This document shows, piece by piece, positions 15,904 through 29,328 of a stretch of 64,000 nucleotides of DNA. How positions within the stretch are numbered: position 1 is the first letter of the stretch; each line of letters opens with the position of its first letter. The stretch covers positions 62,001 through 126,000 of the forward strand of contig RHPI01002368.1 of NCBI GenBank assembly GCA_009103225.1, read 5' to 3'. The position numbers and the translations under genes are program-made. The notes under the pieces were generated by a model. The model was not told the origin of the DNA. It did not search any database and saw nothing but the letters and a program-made list of their open reading frames with translations. The DNA is from Chlorokybus atmophyticus (taxonomy: Eukaryota; Plantae; Mesostigma and Chlorokybus algae).

Positions 15904-17825
15904 GGGGCCATGTATAGGGATTTCTGTGCCAGCTACAATTGCATACTAGCTATGATTTGCAAGCGCACAAACCTGCAACACTTGAGTCACAGACAGACGT
16001 CTTGCATTTGTTTCGGCTGTTATAATTGGTTGGCTTGGGTGCGGGTATCTGATGCATGCTTTAACCGTAATCCTGTCCTTGAGAGAGATTTGGAATCGGT
16101 GATGTTGCTCCTAAACTTCCCTCGCCTTTCCGCAAACATGAGCTGCAAGCGAATACATGTGAATGTGTGACCATTTGCTTGTAAATGGTGTACAGCAAAG
16201 GGAGCCTTGTGCAGCCAGATTTTGCAACACTCCACTAACTGATATAAACCAAGGCTGCGACACTTGCCTCGCCAAGCAATAAGTCATCTCTTATACTTTG
16301 GAGATGTGCTGGAGTGAATCTTTCACACGCAACAAGCACTGCATTTGAGTGTTGTGCTCGCTGTCATGGTTGTCATTGTGTGTGACCTCAAGCCCCAGGA
16401 ATAGTAGCATGAACTTATGCTACTACTACTAGCGCCCTCTTGCTCAATGCGGTTGCCTTCTTGCAAGTCACTGTCCCTACAATCGCATTGTTGTTGTTCT
16501 TGGCCTGCTCATCGCATCAGTCCCTCTTGTTGGGTCTGTGGACAGCCATACGCGTATGCATAGAGAACTGCACACGTAGCATATGCAATTACACGCTTGA
16601 TGTTGAGCTTTCTATCAGATACAAAGCCAGCGGTGCAGAGCGCTGCGGTGTTGATTATTATCATTTGCTAGGCTTTCGATGTGATACGCTGCTAGTGAGT
16701 GCGTTCTGCAAAGATGGAAATGCAGTCAGCAGCCCTGGTGTTTGCAGTGAGCCCCTTACATGCATGCGCATGCATATGTCCATGCGGCTCTTACAAGTGT
16801 GGCTTCAACTTCTTGGGGGCCACACTGAAAGCGAGGAAGCCGTCTATTATATCGCCCCGGTACACGCATGCTCGCACACGCGCATGGGCATGCGCACGCA
16901 CAGAAGCATACAGGCTAGGCTTCAAGTTGGTTGTGCACGCGTGCATGCATATCAGTTACTGTGGTTTCGATTAACGAAGCAACGGTTATTGCTGCTGCTG
17001 GTGTACTTATGCCTGCAGCGTGAACATGTTGCATGCAGAAGAAGCGGAAGTAGCCTATAGGCTACTTCTACTGTTAGCTGACAGTTGAGGGCTGTCAGTA
17101 GTCCTTACGTTCGACACCCCTCGACGGCGTAGCTGGTTGTGGCTGGCTTGCCGACTAGACGCTGAGGAGCACTGAAAGCAGAAAACAAAACCGCCAGCAA
17201 GGTCTGGATGGCACTCGCCACTTTCCTCTCACCTGCACGCGCACGCATACGACGACAGGTCAGTAGGTACCTGATGCTGCTGTCGCTGCTGCACCTGCGC
17301 ATGCTACCGCCGCACATAGATGCATGCCTTTGCCCTGTAGCCAGGCCCTAGATGGGTAGTGTACATGCGAGGCTAGTTGATGTAAGTGTTGATCGAGGTT
17401 GGAGTGGGGGTCTGTGAGCTTGCTTTGGTCAATCAAGCGCACTAGTATGTACGCTTTTGCGCACGCACCACAGTTGCATGTATACTAGACAGTCGCACGT
17501 ACATGCGCTCCAAATAGTCGTTATTGATATGACCGTGCTATAAGCGCTGACAGTCAGCTGCAAACAACCGTTTTTGTCTGAACCGTGCTATAAGCGCTAC
17601 TCTCTCTGTTCCAATAAGCGTTCAATATGAGATTGGCATGCAAAGCATGCAGGGTGCATCCTAATGCTTGGCGACACGCATGCGTGGAAGGGCGACATGC
17701 ACTCGCACATGTGGCGGACTTGCCCGCTGCTGCAGACGGAGTGAGGTGCACGGTGCACGGCTTTCGCATGTGAGGGCTGCCCGTGCTCTCCACCATCTTC
17801 ACGTGCGTTGTGTGTCTGAACCTAC

Positions 17826-18036
17826 ATGCCGTTGTATCAGAGCGAGCACTACGGCAACAATCTTATGTACGTGCTTAAGCTCACGCCACCAGGGTGGGAC
17901 GATGTCACGCTGAACTTCGCCGAGTTCTACTGGACTCAGGTATGGTTTGGTTGGACACAAGTATACACGCACACAGACATGTATGTGCACATATGCACGC
18001 ACACGGACAGGCATGCGGGCATGCACACGCACACGT

Positions 18037-18088
<52 letters not shown>

Positions 18089-19073
18089 ACTGTGGCATCA
18101 GGACTGACACCCTCTTGTTGTTTGTTTTAGTCCCCCTCCTTCACTCCATTGGCTGTGTCCCCTCCTCCTCGCCCACCTCCACCACCCTCTCCACCCTCAC
18201 TTCCATCACCTCCAGTAGCTGGTGCGTGTGTGTGTGTGTGGAGGTGTGCGTAGGCATATGCGCGCGCGCGCGTGCACATTTGTGCATATGCGCACAAGCG
18301 CGTCCGTGCGTCTGTGCACGCACATATGCAGCCGTGCCGTGCCGTGCATGTGCATGTATGCAAGCGCGTGGGTGCTGCATGCAGGTGTGTGTATCTAACC
18401 CTTCACACTCTGTATCACCGGGCAGTACCTCCATTTCCATCGCTTACTGTTCCATTGCCAACTTTATCGACTCCTCCGGACTCACTCTGCTCAAGGACAT
18501 CTACTTCACGGGCGGTTCTAGCGCGGGCACCAACAAGCGCGTCCGACAACCGCATGCCGATCTAACAGAGGGAGAGATACGGGAACTTTTATTACAAGGT
18601 GCCGGTGACGAATGGGAGTTACTTTGTGAGCTTGAATTGGACGGACTCCGTCCACTTCGGAAGTGGGGCAGAGGACTATGCATGTGGCCATCAATGGAGC
18701 GAGTGTAAGTGGCAGTGTGCGTGCGGGTGTGCGGGTGTGTGCGCACGCGCTTGTGCATGCGCGTGCGCCCACACACTCGCACACGCACACACATAAGCAC
18801 ACATTCGCATACGTGGTCGTATGCATGCGGGTGCATGTGTGTAGTTGTGTTCGTGGTTGCGGGTGTATTTACAATTGTTCTAGATGACCCACACCTGCCT
18901 TTCTTTCTCAGGTAGAGAACACCTTTGACATCGTCGCTGCCGCCGGCGGCGCCCTCAAGGCTTACGTGCGTCAGTACACTGTGTGGGTCACCAATGAATT
19001 CATTCAGGTCCAGGTGACGAGCGTGAAGGACAACGCCAAGCTGAGCGCAATACAGGTCCAGCCTGCCAGATAG
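17826..19073 (+). pseudogene. Tandem malectin-domain gene, disrupted
   Basis: MPLYQSEHYGNNLMYVLKLTPPGWDDVTLNFAEFYWTQ; second domain DIYFTGG...MPI*QRERYGNFYYKVPVTNGSYFVSLNW...QRTMHVAING^VENTFDIVAAAGGALKAY...VKDNAKLSAIQV* (malectin pattern, PF11721). One TAA stop and two frameshifts between 18530 and 18670. Confidence 0.75.
18039..18085. repeat. (CA)n microsatellite
   Basis: Direct. Confidence 0.95.
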
Positions 19074-19219
19074 CAATTTTTAACTTGTATGTGCCATGCT
19101 GTAGAGAGATCATTCACTTGTTGGGTTGTTTACATTTGTGGTCCCGCCTCGACTCCGATTTGTAGTGTACGCAAGCTCGCGCAGTTCTGTTCTGTCAAAT
19201 TAGGTGCAGTGCTGTACAC

Positions 19220-19224
<5 letters not shown>

Positions 19225-19276
<52 letters not shown>

Positions 19277-19277
19277 N

Positions 19278-19349
<72 letters not shown>
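19225..19349. repeat. (GA)n microsatellite
   Basis: Direct; contains one N. Confidence 0.95.
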
Positions 19350-19350
<1 letters not shown>

Positions 19351-21327
19351 ATTATCATTCATTCGTTTAGCTTGGGCATAGGCATTTATTTACATTGCTA
19401 CAAAGGACATTCATGTAGAGTTAGAGAGAGACGAATTGTATGTAGCCATTGTACAGGCAAGCGTAGCACACATTGCCGTGATTGGACCAGTTTGTGCAAC
19501 ATGCAATTCTGTCTTGTGCGTGTTCACCTCAAACTTCATGGATACTTAGCATGCAGCTAGCAGCTGCACGAGACACGGCCTTGCAAAGATCAAAAACTAC
19601 TCACAGTAAGAGGTCATAAATGCACATCCGCAAGGTCGTGTAGCCACATACCACTGCAACTTTAACTACAGGCAACTCAAGCCCACACGTGCGGATGACA
19701 CATGCACACCCGCACACGCCCGCACACGTATCCGCGCCATCATACGTACATAAAGGCCACACAATGCTTGTTGACTGTTGCCATGTATGTAAGGTAACAA
19801 GTGTGTGCTTTTGGCAAGCTGCATTCCCAAGTGCCGCTTGTCATTCCAGCTCAGATGATGATGTTAGTGGCCACTCTGTCTACGAGTGTGAGTGCTGTCT
19901 CGCTTGCTGGCGGCGCTGGTTCAGTGTCAGTCAATGACAAGCGTCGTGAAGGACAAGAAGGAGGAGGAGGAGGAGGAGGAGGAGGGGCTGGCGCTGGAGG
20001 TATCCTGCTGCAGCCAAGCGTGCTATGTAAAAACCACACAATATTACCTCAACAAAGAGTGCATGCATTGGTACAATCTGTGCATGTGTACATCTTGCGT
20101 GAGTTCTCCAAGCGCTCTGGCACTCCAATGCTCGGACATGCATACATGTGACTGGGCCCCATGTGGTGTGGCAATGCCTCGTTTAGCGGACAACTCGGTC
20201 TATGCAAGGCTCACCCGCGTGCGTGTGCGCGTGCTCGCGCGCATGATGACTATGTTACTCTGTTTGAGCTACAAGCGGTGAAATAGCTCTCCATTACCAG
20301 CAAGGGCTGTTGCTCTGTACAGTTGTCGGCAGCTACACATTGAGGGCACATGGGTGCCGCTACCAAAGATGATTGCCTGCGAGCAAGCCAAAACCAACAT
20401 GAAGAACGTTCTCATGTTGGTTCCTCCTCAGCATAGAGCAGGAGAGTGAAAGCTCCGTTTGGAGAAGACTGTGTGAGATGGTGTGGAGGAGCAATGTTAT
20501 GGTTGAAGACGCGGCTTACCATGTCGGGTGGACCAGCAGCGAGGTGTTTGTTTCCTGGTGTCATCTGAAACCTGCAACACATGAAGTGCGTGCCTGCGCA
20601 TGTTTGCCTCAACGCAGATGCACGCGTGTGCGCGTGGGCATGCGTCTCTGTTTGTTTGTGCGGGCATGCGGACGCCTTGACTGCCCACACGCGTGAACAC
20701 CACCAACCCAGGCGAGGCTAATGTTGGTAGTGACGAGGAGGAGGTGCCTTCCCAGTTGCAATCACTCGAAGGGGCAATTGAGAGATGTCGCCACGTTGTC
20801 TCATCTCTAAGCTGCTATGCTGTGGTGTATGGTGCGTGTTACGAGGCGTGTGCGCGCTCGAAAGCACATATGCAAAGGAAGCACGGAAGAAGAGGAGGAG
20901 GAGGAGGAGGAGGAAGCGGCGGTGTGGACGAGAATTGGAGACAGACCATTGCATCCGACATGTCGCTCATCCACATCCACACGCACACACGCAAATACGG
21001 ACGCACGTGCGCACCCATGCGTGCGCACGTCTTTGTCGTGTCGATGTCTCTCTCTCACCTCGACAACAGCTGCTGGCTTATGGTACAGTGATGCCTGACA
21101 AACGCAGGACGCTGAGAACGCTCTCTGAGTCACAGCATCAGACAAACTGAAGAGTCGTGTAAGTAAAAACGAGATGATTGCAATGCATGCTGCACGTGTA
21201 AATGATAGTTTAGACTACCGGCAGACCGGCAAGTCATGCGTGTGCGTGCACGCACCGTTTGGGGAGCACCTGTGTGCACGCACACAGGTGCTCCCCAAAC
21301 GTGCAAACTTATGCATGCACACAAACA

Positions 21328-21576
21328 TGTCATGCGAGTAAAGGACTTGAGCTAGGTTGTTTCGGGATATAATTACATGCAGGGCAATAACAGACTGTGG
21401 GCTGGTTGTAGTCATTAGGTAGTTAGATATGCTTGTAGAAGCATACTCGGACAATAAGATCTGTTGGGTTTAATGATGGGAAGGTAGATGAGGACCTTAT
21501 TGAGTGAGAGGAAGTTTCTTTGGTGAGTTACAGCAAGTGTAATCGGATCAGCGTAACCCAGATCTGATGGGTGTAA
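21328..21576. repeat. Left part of an ~870-bp tandem repeat unit split by the large CACTA
   Basis: Aligns by eye with 44603-44852 (e.g. cttgagctaggttgtt, catgcagggcaataacagactgtgggctggttgtag, aatgatgggaaggtagatgagga). Confidence 0.9.
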
Positions 21577-21599
21577 CATTGGTAATTCTGGACCCCCCG

Positions 21600-22250
21600 A
21601 ATTTCTGAAAAATCAGCGCATTTGCCCTGAATACTCATCTGTTTTATGTGTGAACTCGCCACTTTGCGTGGCTGCAGAGGTCGCTGTTACGATTGCTGAT
21701 TATTCAGGCCAAATGCCCTGAATACAAGCAATGAATATTCACACGTTTTGGTCATGAATAATTGTAGTTGTCCATCTCGCACACAACCTCCTACATGTGA
21801 GTAGTTATTCACTCGCAACAGAACTGCATATTCAGTCTTCTTAGGTATACATGGTCCTAGACTTGTACCATGGTACCAAGTGATTATTCATACTTTGTGT
21901 GCGTAAATATTTACAGCGCCTGCCCTCACACTAGGTCCTCCTTATAGGTAATTATTCACACGCATATTGGCTTAATGTTCACACATACTAAAGCTGTTTC
22001 AACAGCACATGTACCATACTAGCGAGTGATTATTCATACGATTTGTGATTGAATAATACAGCATATTTGCTCTCACACATAGTCCTATACATGAGTGGTT
22101 ATTCACCCATCGTATGGTTGAACACTGCTGCCTTTGGTTGATTTTTCACGCGAATTATAATTGAATAATACAGCACTTCTGCTCACACACACAGTCCTAC
22201 ATATAAGTGGTTATTCACTCACAGTTTGGTTGAATAATCACTGAATCTTG
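21600..22250. repeat. Left subterminal repeats of the giant CACTA (TATTCAC/GTGAATA, both orientations)
   Basis: More than ten ttattcac/aatattcac/tgaataat motifs; the same motif is clustered at 43370-43925. Confidence 0.85.
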
Positions 22251-22394
22251 CTATCGTCAACAGCTGTGACATAGCATAGCTGTGACATAGCACATAGCAA
22301 TCAGTCCAGCCGGTGAATTTGGACAGCAATGTCAGCTGAATGGCAGCTGACTCGAACAACAAATTCACTGATGTCTACAATGTATCTCTGCTAC

Positions 22395-23950
22395 CTACTT
22401 CTTGCTGCCTCGACCACGCCCACCGCGCCCACCCCGCCCACCCCGGCTGCCCTTCCCACGGCCCCTCCCGCGCTGTGTGGTTGTGCCTTCCTTTGCTGGC
22501 TCCCTCACCTTGATACTCTTCAGCAACCCAACAGGCCAAAGTAGCAACAAACCGGGCTCGCACTCTGCGCATACATCAACCACACATGAACTCAGCTGAC
22601 TTGCACAATGTTGAAACTGTTCATGCAATCGCATGCACACAAACGCGTTCACCTTTCAAGTGGGTCACTTGCACTCCAACCCCATCACGCTTGAAGCTGA
22701 TTGGCAGAGGCACAACCTCTTCTTCCCCTGGTCCGGGACGTCTGGTCCTAGTGATGGGAAGACTGCGGCTGAACTGGACCACCATGTTGCCCTCTCCAAT
22801 CTTCTTGCCATGAAACTTGTTGACAGGATTGATGTCGCTTACGTGCGCCTCCCCTACTGGTTCTTTGCGCCCGTTAATGAACAGTTGGACTTCACTGCCA
22901 ACCTTCATCGTCGGTGCGGTGTCGTCCTTGTCGCTCAGCTCTTCCTGCGCATGCAAGTGACAAACACATCAAGAGGTACACACATACACAGATGTGATCT
23001 CTCATACAGCGCTTGCGAAGCGACCTGCCTTCTGCGAGTCGTTGTCGCTGTTGTTGGGGCTGTCCCCCTCGCTGTCCGGGGCGCTGTCCTTGGCGCCATC
23101 TTCACCGCTGTTCTCGCTTCAATCTGTCTCAGGCATTTCTGAATACGTTAGCTCATCCTGCGCGACAAGGTGACACGACGTGTTAACAAGCTTACAACCG
23201 TCACGCAACGAATGCGTGCCTGCCGCAGGTGACAGTTTGTGTGCAGCCAGAAGAACGCAAGAAGCCCATAAGATCAAGTACATGGTGCTTTCATACCTCC
23301 TTTTGCTTGCCGCTCTTCTTCTCCAACACCGTCTCCTGCTTGCCAGTCGAGTGGCCTGCCTCCTGAGACTTGTAGGGAGCCGGTATCGAGCGAACAGTTT
23401 TGTTTGTTTTCTTTTTGGGGGGGCTTGACACCTCATCCTCCTGCCAACAGCATGAAGTCAGATGGTGAGCCACAACTCAGTGCATTGCCGCTCTATCAGG
23501 TCCAATGCTGCGTACCTCACCAGCGACAGTACTCGTAGCAAATCCGGCCTTTATCGGCCAGCTTGGTGACCTTGCGACGATCACGGGCATGATGCTTCCC
23601 ACGCCAATGTAGGACCTTCAGTGCCTGCATAGTTTACATTGGTGCACTAGTACAACATGGGACGAAACAGACTTCGGCAGCAAGGTCTGACATTGATTGC
23701 AGATGCTTGATGCATAAGCTCACTTTTAAAGAGACCATTGCTGTGGTCTCAAGGTCACGCAAGTGAACGGTCGCCTCACTGGTGTCCCACTCATGCTGCA
23801 GCTGCTCATCAGAAGAACCACCAGCATTCTTCCCCCATATCTCTTCGTCCAAATTCTCCCATCCTTCGCTGCAGTTGCTGGACCGCCCACCCGACGCGGT
23901 GCCTGACATGATGATGCCCTCCTGTAGATATATCAAGCTTGCTTTACAAG
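22395..23950 (-). pseudogene. TnpA/Tnp1-like second ORF of the CACTA (Transposase_23-like C-terminal domain), decayed
   Basis: VGSEVQLFINGRKEPVGEAHVSDINPVNKFHGKKIGEGNMVVQF...LPISFKRDGVGVQVTHLK^ECEPGLLLLWP followed by an RGG tail; acidic and lysine-rich upstream exons. TGA stop at 23119-21. The 5' end is unresolved. Confidence 0.65.
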
Positions 23951-24102
23951 TTAGTTGCAACCGCAACCCTAATCTACCTCAAGTCTTGGTTGACTCAAGT
24001 GACTGCAGGTTGTAAGCCATGTGGACTTGCTTGTTGACTTGTCACAGCAAGCAAACCATGTACCTTGCAAAAGAAGTGTCTCTAAGCTGCTTGCACAAAG
24101 GC

Positions 24103-24387
24103 GTGCTTGTGAACTTGTCAAACAGGCACCCAGCAAACCAAACACCCAGTACCTTGTAGAGTAGAAGCTTCTTCAGCTTCTTTCCAGCTAAACACGAGAA
24201 AGGTAAGCCTAACAGCAAGCTAGCAGGCAAATGGCATGTGCATGCACAACATGTGCTTGTGAACTTGTCAAACAGGCACCCAGCAAGCCAAACACCCAGT
24301 ACCTTGTAGAGTAGAAGCTGCTTCAGCTTCTTGCCAGCTGAACACGACAAAGGTAAGCCTAACAGCAAGCTAGCAGGCAAATGGCAG
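24103..24387. repeat. Tandem duplication, 150-bp period
   Basis: gtgcttgtgaacttgtcaaacaggcacccagc...gctagcaggcaaatggca starts at 24103 and at 24253. Confidence 0.9.
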
Positions 24388-24895
24388 TCCAAAATGCTAG
24401 CGGCACAACACCATGCTGTATTTGCTAATTGCAACGAAGTGACAACGCAACCACTAGAAAAGCAGTGCGACAAGACAGCTGACAACGCTCGCTCACCTCG
24501 CCACAGCACCGCCGCCGCCAACACAACCAGCAAGTACGCCGGTGCTGTGGGACAATCAGTGCAATTCCCGGTGCGGAAACCCTTGCAATCAATGGAATGC
24601 AGTGATCGTTCGGAAAATTCACATCAGCAATTGTGCTGGTCGGACACCAGTCGCGTCTCCGCTTGCTCCGACTGCAATAGGCCGCACGAGCAATTGCCGT
24701 GGAAATTGCCTTTTGTCGAAACTTTGATTGCCAAATGAACTCTATGTTTATTGGTCGATACAAACCAAGCGAAATTACATTCTCTATTTCCGATGAAATC
24801 GTCCATGTCCGAGGACGGTGTCTGTGTGGCTTACCCCAAACTATAAGTAACCCTAACCCAAACATCCAATGCATGCTGGTAATTGTGCTGCAACA

Positions 24896-25805
24896 ATGGA
24901 CCCCCCTGTACCCATGCGCACCATGAATGAGGCTCTAACGCAGGCGCTCCTCGCAGTCGGGCGGCGATTAGTGGGACTAGGTCAGGTCTTGACACAACCG
25001 TGGAACGGCTATGTGGACTCTGGCGATGCTCGCTATCATCAGGTATCTTTCTCGCTATTCATGGTGTGAGTTGCGTGCGCTATGTCACTCTGCATGCTGC
25101 TGACTATGCATGCCACTATGCATGTGCCATACTGTTGCGCATTGTTTGTACATGCGTATGCCTTGTGTGCGATTTGGGTTGAGTTTGCCTGTGTAGTGTG
25201 CATATGTTTGTCCTGCTATGATAGGAACGCCTATATATATGCACAGCTCTGATTGCTACCATGCAACACCCTTGCGCGTTACATGCCGTGCATGTCATGC
25301 CATGCTACTGCCTGAATGCGTGTCCAGTTCATGTCCATAACAATAGAGGCGCTGCCTATGCATTTGCATCAACTTCTGGCGCACGTTTATGAATGAATGC
25401 GATGCAACATGCGATTTAACCTGTAAACTTGTTTGGCAGGTCCAATTATGCAATTGAGAGCTTTCAACTCGTGGAATTGTTCATCAGGCACCCATTGCGA
25501 TTGCAGCTACTATACAAACCGGTGTGTATGTGGCAGTCTCCGTGCATGAGAACACTCCCTCGCCTCCTGATGCGCCTCTTCCTGCTCGCACTATCATTGA
25601 CTCGGGCACCTATGGCGCTGCTGGCCTGCGCGTTGTCATCGAGTGCGACAACAATATTGCTGCACGCTGGAGTGTGTTTACTGGCTCTGAAGTCCCTGCA
25701 CCTGGTGCAACGCCCGGTACCAGTCTCACACCAACTTGTAATGGAATTTTCCCCACTCGCGACCCTCCTAGTGAACCTAGTGACTCTAGTGACTCGTCGC
25801 AATGA
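24896..25805 (+). pseudogene. Orphan two-exon gene inside the CACTA, one in-frame TGA
   Basis: MDPPVPMRTMNEALTQALLAVGRRLVGLGQVLTQPWNGYVDSGDARYHQ, GT-AG intron to 25439, then VQLCN*ELSTRGIVHQAPIAIAATIQTGVYVAVSVHE...RVVIECDNNIAARWSVFTG...SQ*. No family recognised. Confidence 0.45.
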
Positions 25806-26934
25806 CCATTGCTCTACACACACTTTGTTTGCCCTTTACACTCTGGTTACCGCTGAGCTGCTCTGCTGGTAATTCTCCAAGTGTGGCTGTTGCATGTGCA
25901 ATTACTGATAACAGTGGGGTGTGTGCCTTTGTGCAACTTGGAGATCTAGCAGCAGATCAGCTCAGGCACAACCGCCACAATTGTGTTCACAACAACATAG
26001 TGACTAGCAGATTAGTTACATTACAACTATACTACACAACAACTACCAAACTACCACCAAACTATACAACTACACAACAACAACAACTACACAACAACTA
26101 TACAACTACCAAACTACCACCAAACTATAGGCCTTGTGCAAGGATGACGCAAAGATCTGACCTTGTACTTTGTATTACCTCATGGCCGTAGCACAGCCTG
26201 CAAGGCAAAGCGGGTTGCGCTCAAAACTGTTGGACACAAATCAGGCATGCAAGCGCCTAACACTGGCAGTAGAATTGCCCAAACATGCTGTTGGAAAACC
26301 CCCTCACAACTGCACTCACATATGCACAAATACAAGGTATGTTTGCGCAGCAGAAGAAGTGAACACGGACTTTTGCGACACACACGCGCATACACACACA
26401 TGAGAGCTTACAATCAACTGCCCCAGCTGACTGGACACCATACACACACATGCACATTCATGTGATACGCATGCAAGGATGCATTTATCTGTCCCTGCCG
26501 TTGCTAGAGCTCTTGCCAACTTCTTGGGCACCGTGACTGGCGGTGTCCTGCAAACATGCTGCAGGCAATGCTCAACCTGTTGATAGCAGCTGTAAGAATG
26601 CCAAGACACCCAAAACACAGAGCCAAATACTCTGACCTGAGTCTCATCCACAAACACACCATGCCTGGCATGCGAGCTCTGGTTTACCTGCTGTCTTGGA
26701 AGCAGCCGGCTGGATCATCATACCCTCTGTTGATGCATGCAAGCATCTGAGTCAACCAAATACCTACCTCATGTTCGACGAGATCAACTACACTGGACCT
26801 AAAGCGACCGGCCATCGCTGAATGGTAGCTGTTTACCTGTGGATCACACACCGTAGTTAACCAGCAGTAGAGTCAGACATAGAGCAGGGAAATAACTTTT
26901 GAGAGACACAATGCTAGCGCAAGCACACACAGAA

Positions 26935-27300
26935 AGAACACCCTTTTGCCGCAAGGCCACTGAGGGGTTATGCCCAAGGCTGCCCCAGCGGCTTGCAGCA
27001 AACACCTTTTGTGCCGCAGCACCGGTAAGGCCACTGAGGGGTTATGCACAAGGCTGCCCCAGCGGCTTGCAGCAAACACCTTTTTGCTGCAGCACAGGCA
27101 AGGCCATTGAGGGGTTATGCACAAGGCTGCCCCAGCGGCTTGCAGCAAACACCTTTTTGCCGCAGCACAGGCAAGGCCACTGAGGGGTTATGCCCAAGGC
27201 TGCCCCAGCGGCTTGCAGCAAACAACTTTTGTGCCGCAGCACAGGTAAGGCCACTGAGGGGTTATGCACAAGGCTGCCCCAGCGGCTTGCAGCAAACACA
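26935..27300. repeat. Minisatellite, ~73-74 bp x5 (GGCCACTGAGGGGTTATGCACAAGGCTGCCCCAGCGGCTTGCAGC), within a larger block duplicated at ~26795 and ~27545
   Basis: Unit starts at 26955, 27029, 27102, 27175, 27249, with a single copy at ~27704. The flanking ggacctaaagcgaccggccatcgctgaatggtagc block is duplicated. Confidence 0.9.
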
Positions 27301-27310
27301 GCACGCACAG

Positions 27311-27352
<42 letters not shown>

Positions 27353-28099
27353 CATGGCATGCGCAAGGAAGCACGGCATGCACGTATCTGCTGTGTAGCC
27401 GCTAGCGCTTCAGCATCGCCGCCGCCGCCGCCGCCGACGATGACCTTGCCTGCGCCGGCGCCGCCGCCGCCGACCTTGACTAAAATCTGCATGCGAAATG
27501 GCTGCTGTAACTTCAAAACCCTAAGTCCATGACCTAAGTCCATGGACCTAAAGCGACCGGCCATCGCTGAATGGTAGCTGTTTACCTGTAGATCACACAC
27601 CGTAGTTAACCAACAGTAGAGTCAGAAATGGAGCAGGGAAATGACTCTTGAAAGACACAATGCTAGCGCAAGCACACACAGAAAGAACACCTTTTTGCCG
27701 CAAGGCCACTGAGGGGTTATGCACAAGGCTGCCCCAGCGGCTTGCAGCGAACACAGCACGCACAGCACGCACACACACACACACGCATGCATGGAATGCG
27801 CAAGGAAGCACGGCATGCACGTATATGCTGTGTAGCCGCTAGCGCTCCAGCATCGCCGCCGCCGACGACGACGACGATGACCTTGCATGCGCCGGCGCCG
27901 CCGCCGCCGACCTTGACCAAAATCTGCATGCGACGTATCTGCCTGAGATTCTTGCTAGGAGCTCAAAATCGCTGGCGCCGTCGCCACCGACCTCAAAGAC
28001 TTCGCCGCCAACCACGGCAACCTCGCCGCCTCCCGGCCACAACCTACAACAACATGTCCGGGCGGTTAGGGTTAGGGTTATGACATATGGCGAAACAGA

Positions 28100-28450
28100 G
28101 TCACAAAAACATTCACCCAGTCCACACCACAGGGCCGGTCTGAGGTCTTACAGACCGCCCCAGCTCCTCACCAACACATTCACACAAAAACAAAACCACA
28201 AGGCAGGACACTGAGGTCTTACAGACCGCCCCAGCGACTCACCAGCACACATGCACAGAAACACAAAATTAAGGCAGGTCACTGAGGTCTTACAGACCGC
28301 CCCAGTGAATCACCAACAAAATCACAGAAACAAAACCACAAGGCAGGTCACTGAGGGCTTACATGCCGCCCCAGTGAATCACCAACACATGCACATAACG
28401 GAAACCACAAGGCAGGACACTGAGGGCTTACATGCCGCCCCAGTGAATGA
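28100..28450. repeat. Minisatellite, ~70 bp x5 (GGCAGGACACTGAGGTCTTACAGACCGCCCCAG)
   Basis: Units at about 28132, 28202, 28273, 28342, 28411. An inverted relative lies at 37655-37880. Confidence 0.85.
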
Positions 28451-28708
28451 CCAGCACACATACACACATGCACGCGCACAAACAAAACATGCAGGCAGGC
28501 AGGCTTGCACGTATCTGCCTAAGTAGCTCTGCATCAACCAAGGATGGCTGCCGCCGTCGCCGCCAACCTCAAGGACCTCGCCGCCGACCACGCCGCCCAC
28601 AACCTTTATAACTAAAGACGCTGCCGCGGCCGACTCAGACAACCTCGCCGCCGACCACAACAACCTCCCCGCCACCAACCTTGCAAACTACAACAACTTA
28701 CAAAAACG

Positions 28709-28726
28709 TTAGGGTTAGGGTTAGGG
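28709..28726. repeat. (TTAGGG)3 telomere-like/telo-box tract (another at 28066-28080)
   Basis: Direct. Confidence 0.85.
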
Positions 28727-29328
28727 ATGCCGGCTATGGCGTCAAAGGTGATAGCCCATCACCGATGGACCATCACTAATTTGCTTAGGGTTTTGGTGTA
28801 GCGATCGAGCAGACAACTTGCAACTGGCAAGGCTGGGCGGCAAGGGCGGCGTTGTTGGCGAGGTCGGCGGCGGCGTTGGCTTCATTGCTGAAGTGCAAGT
28901 GTTGTGTTTTTGCTTGGTTGTTGTAGTCACTTCATTGGGTCCGAGAACCCTGGCGAGGTGGTTTCTTGCAGCTTCGGGTGGGCTTGCTGGAGGGTTTTGG
29001 CACTGCTTCCAACAAGGTGCAGCACATGCCGTGCTTGTCTTTGTTTGCATGCATGCTCGTTTGATCATTTCGCTAACTGGCAAAAGTGCATGTTGTCTAT
29101 GTTGTTAGCCACCACTTGATGCTAACCAGAGGGGCGGCCTCGTGCGTAAGACCACCTCTTGCTCAGTTTTCAAGCTGTTTTATAGTTTTCATTGTGGCTG
29201 AGGCTAAAGTGTGCATGCTCAGGCTTGTCTGCATGCTCAAATAGGCAGCCGTGTGTGTGTGTGCATGCTCATGTTGCTCAACTATGTGTGCTTGTTTTTG
29301 GCTGTGAGGCTTTCCTCAGGTCGTTCAT

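Noticed and set aside
16440-17320. Possible upstream exons of the malectin gene
   Set aside because: Could not be spliced into a consistent frame and no domain was recognised.
19790-21150. Fragments with (GGA)n tracts that look like a decayed gene
   Set aside because: The ORFs are driven by simple repeats; no recognisable domain.
26935-28450. Regularly spaced ~70-bp repeats as a CRISPR array
   Set aside because: The whole unit repeats, there are no unique spacers and no cas genes, and the context is eukaryotic; these are minisatellites.
28709-28726. TTAGGG tracts as a chromosome end or healed break
   Set aside because: Only 2-3 units, internal, and embedded in duplicated leader modules; better explained as telo-box-like motifs.
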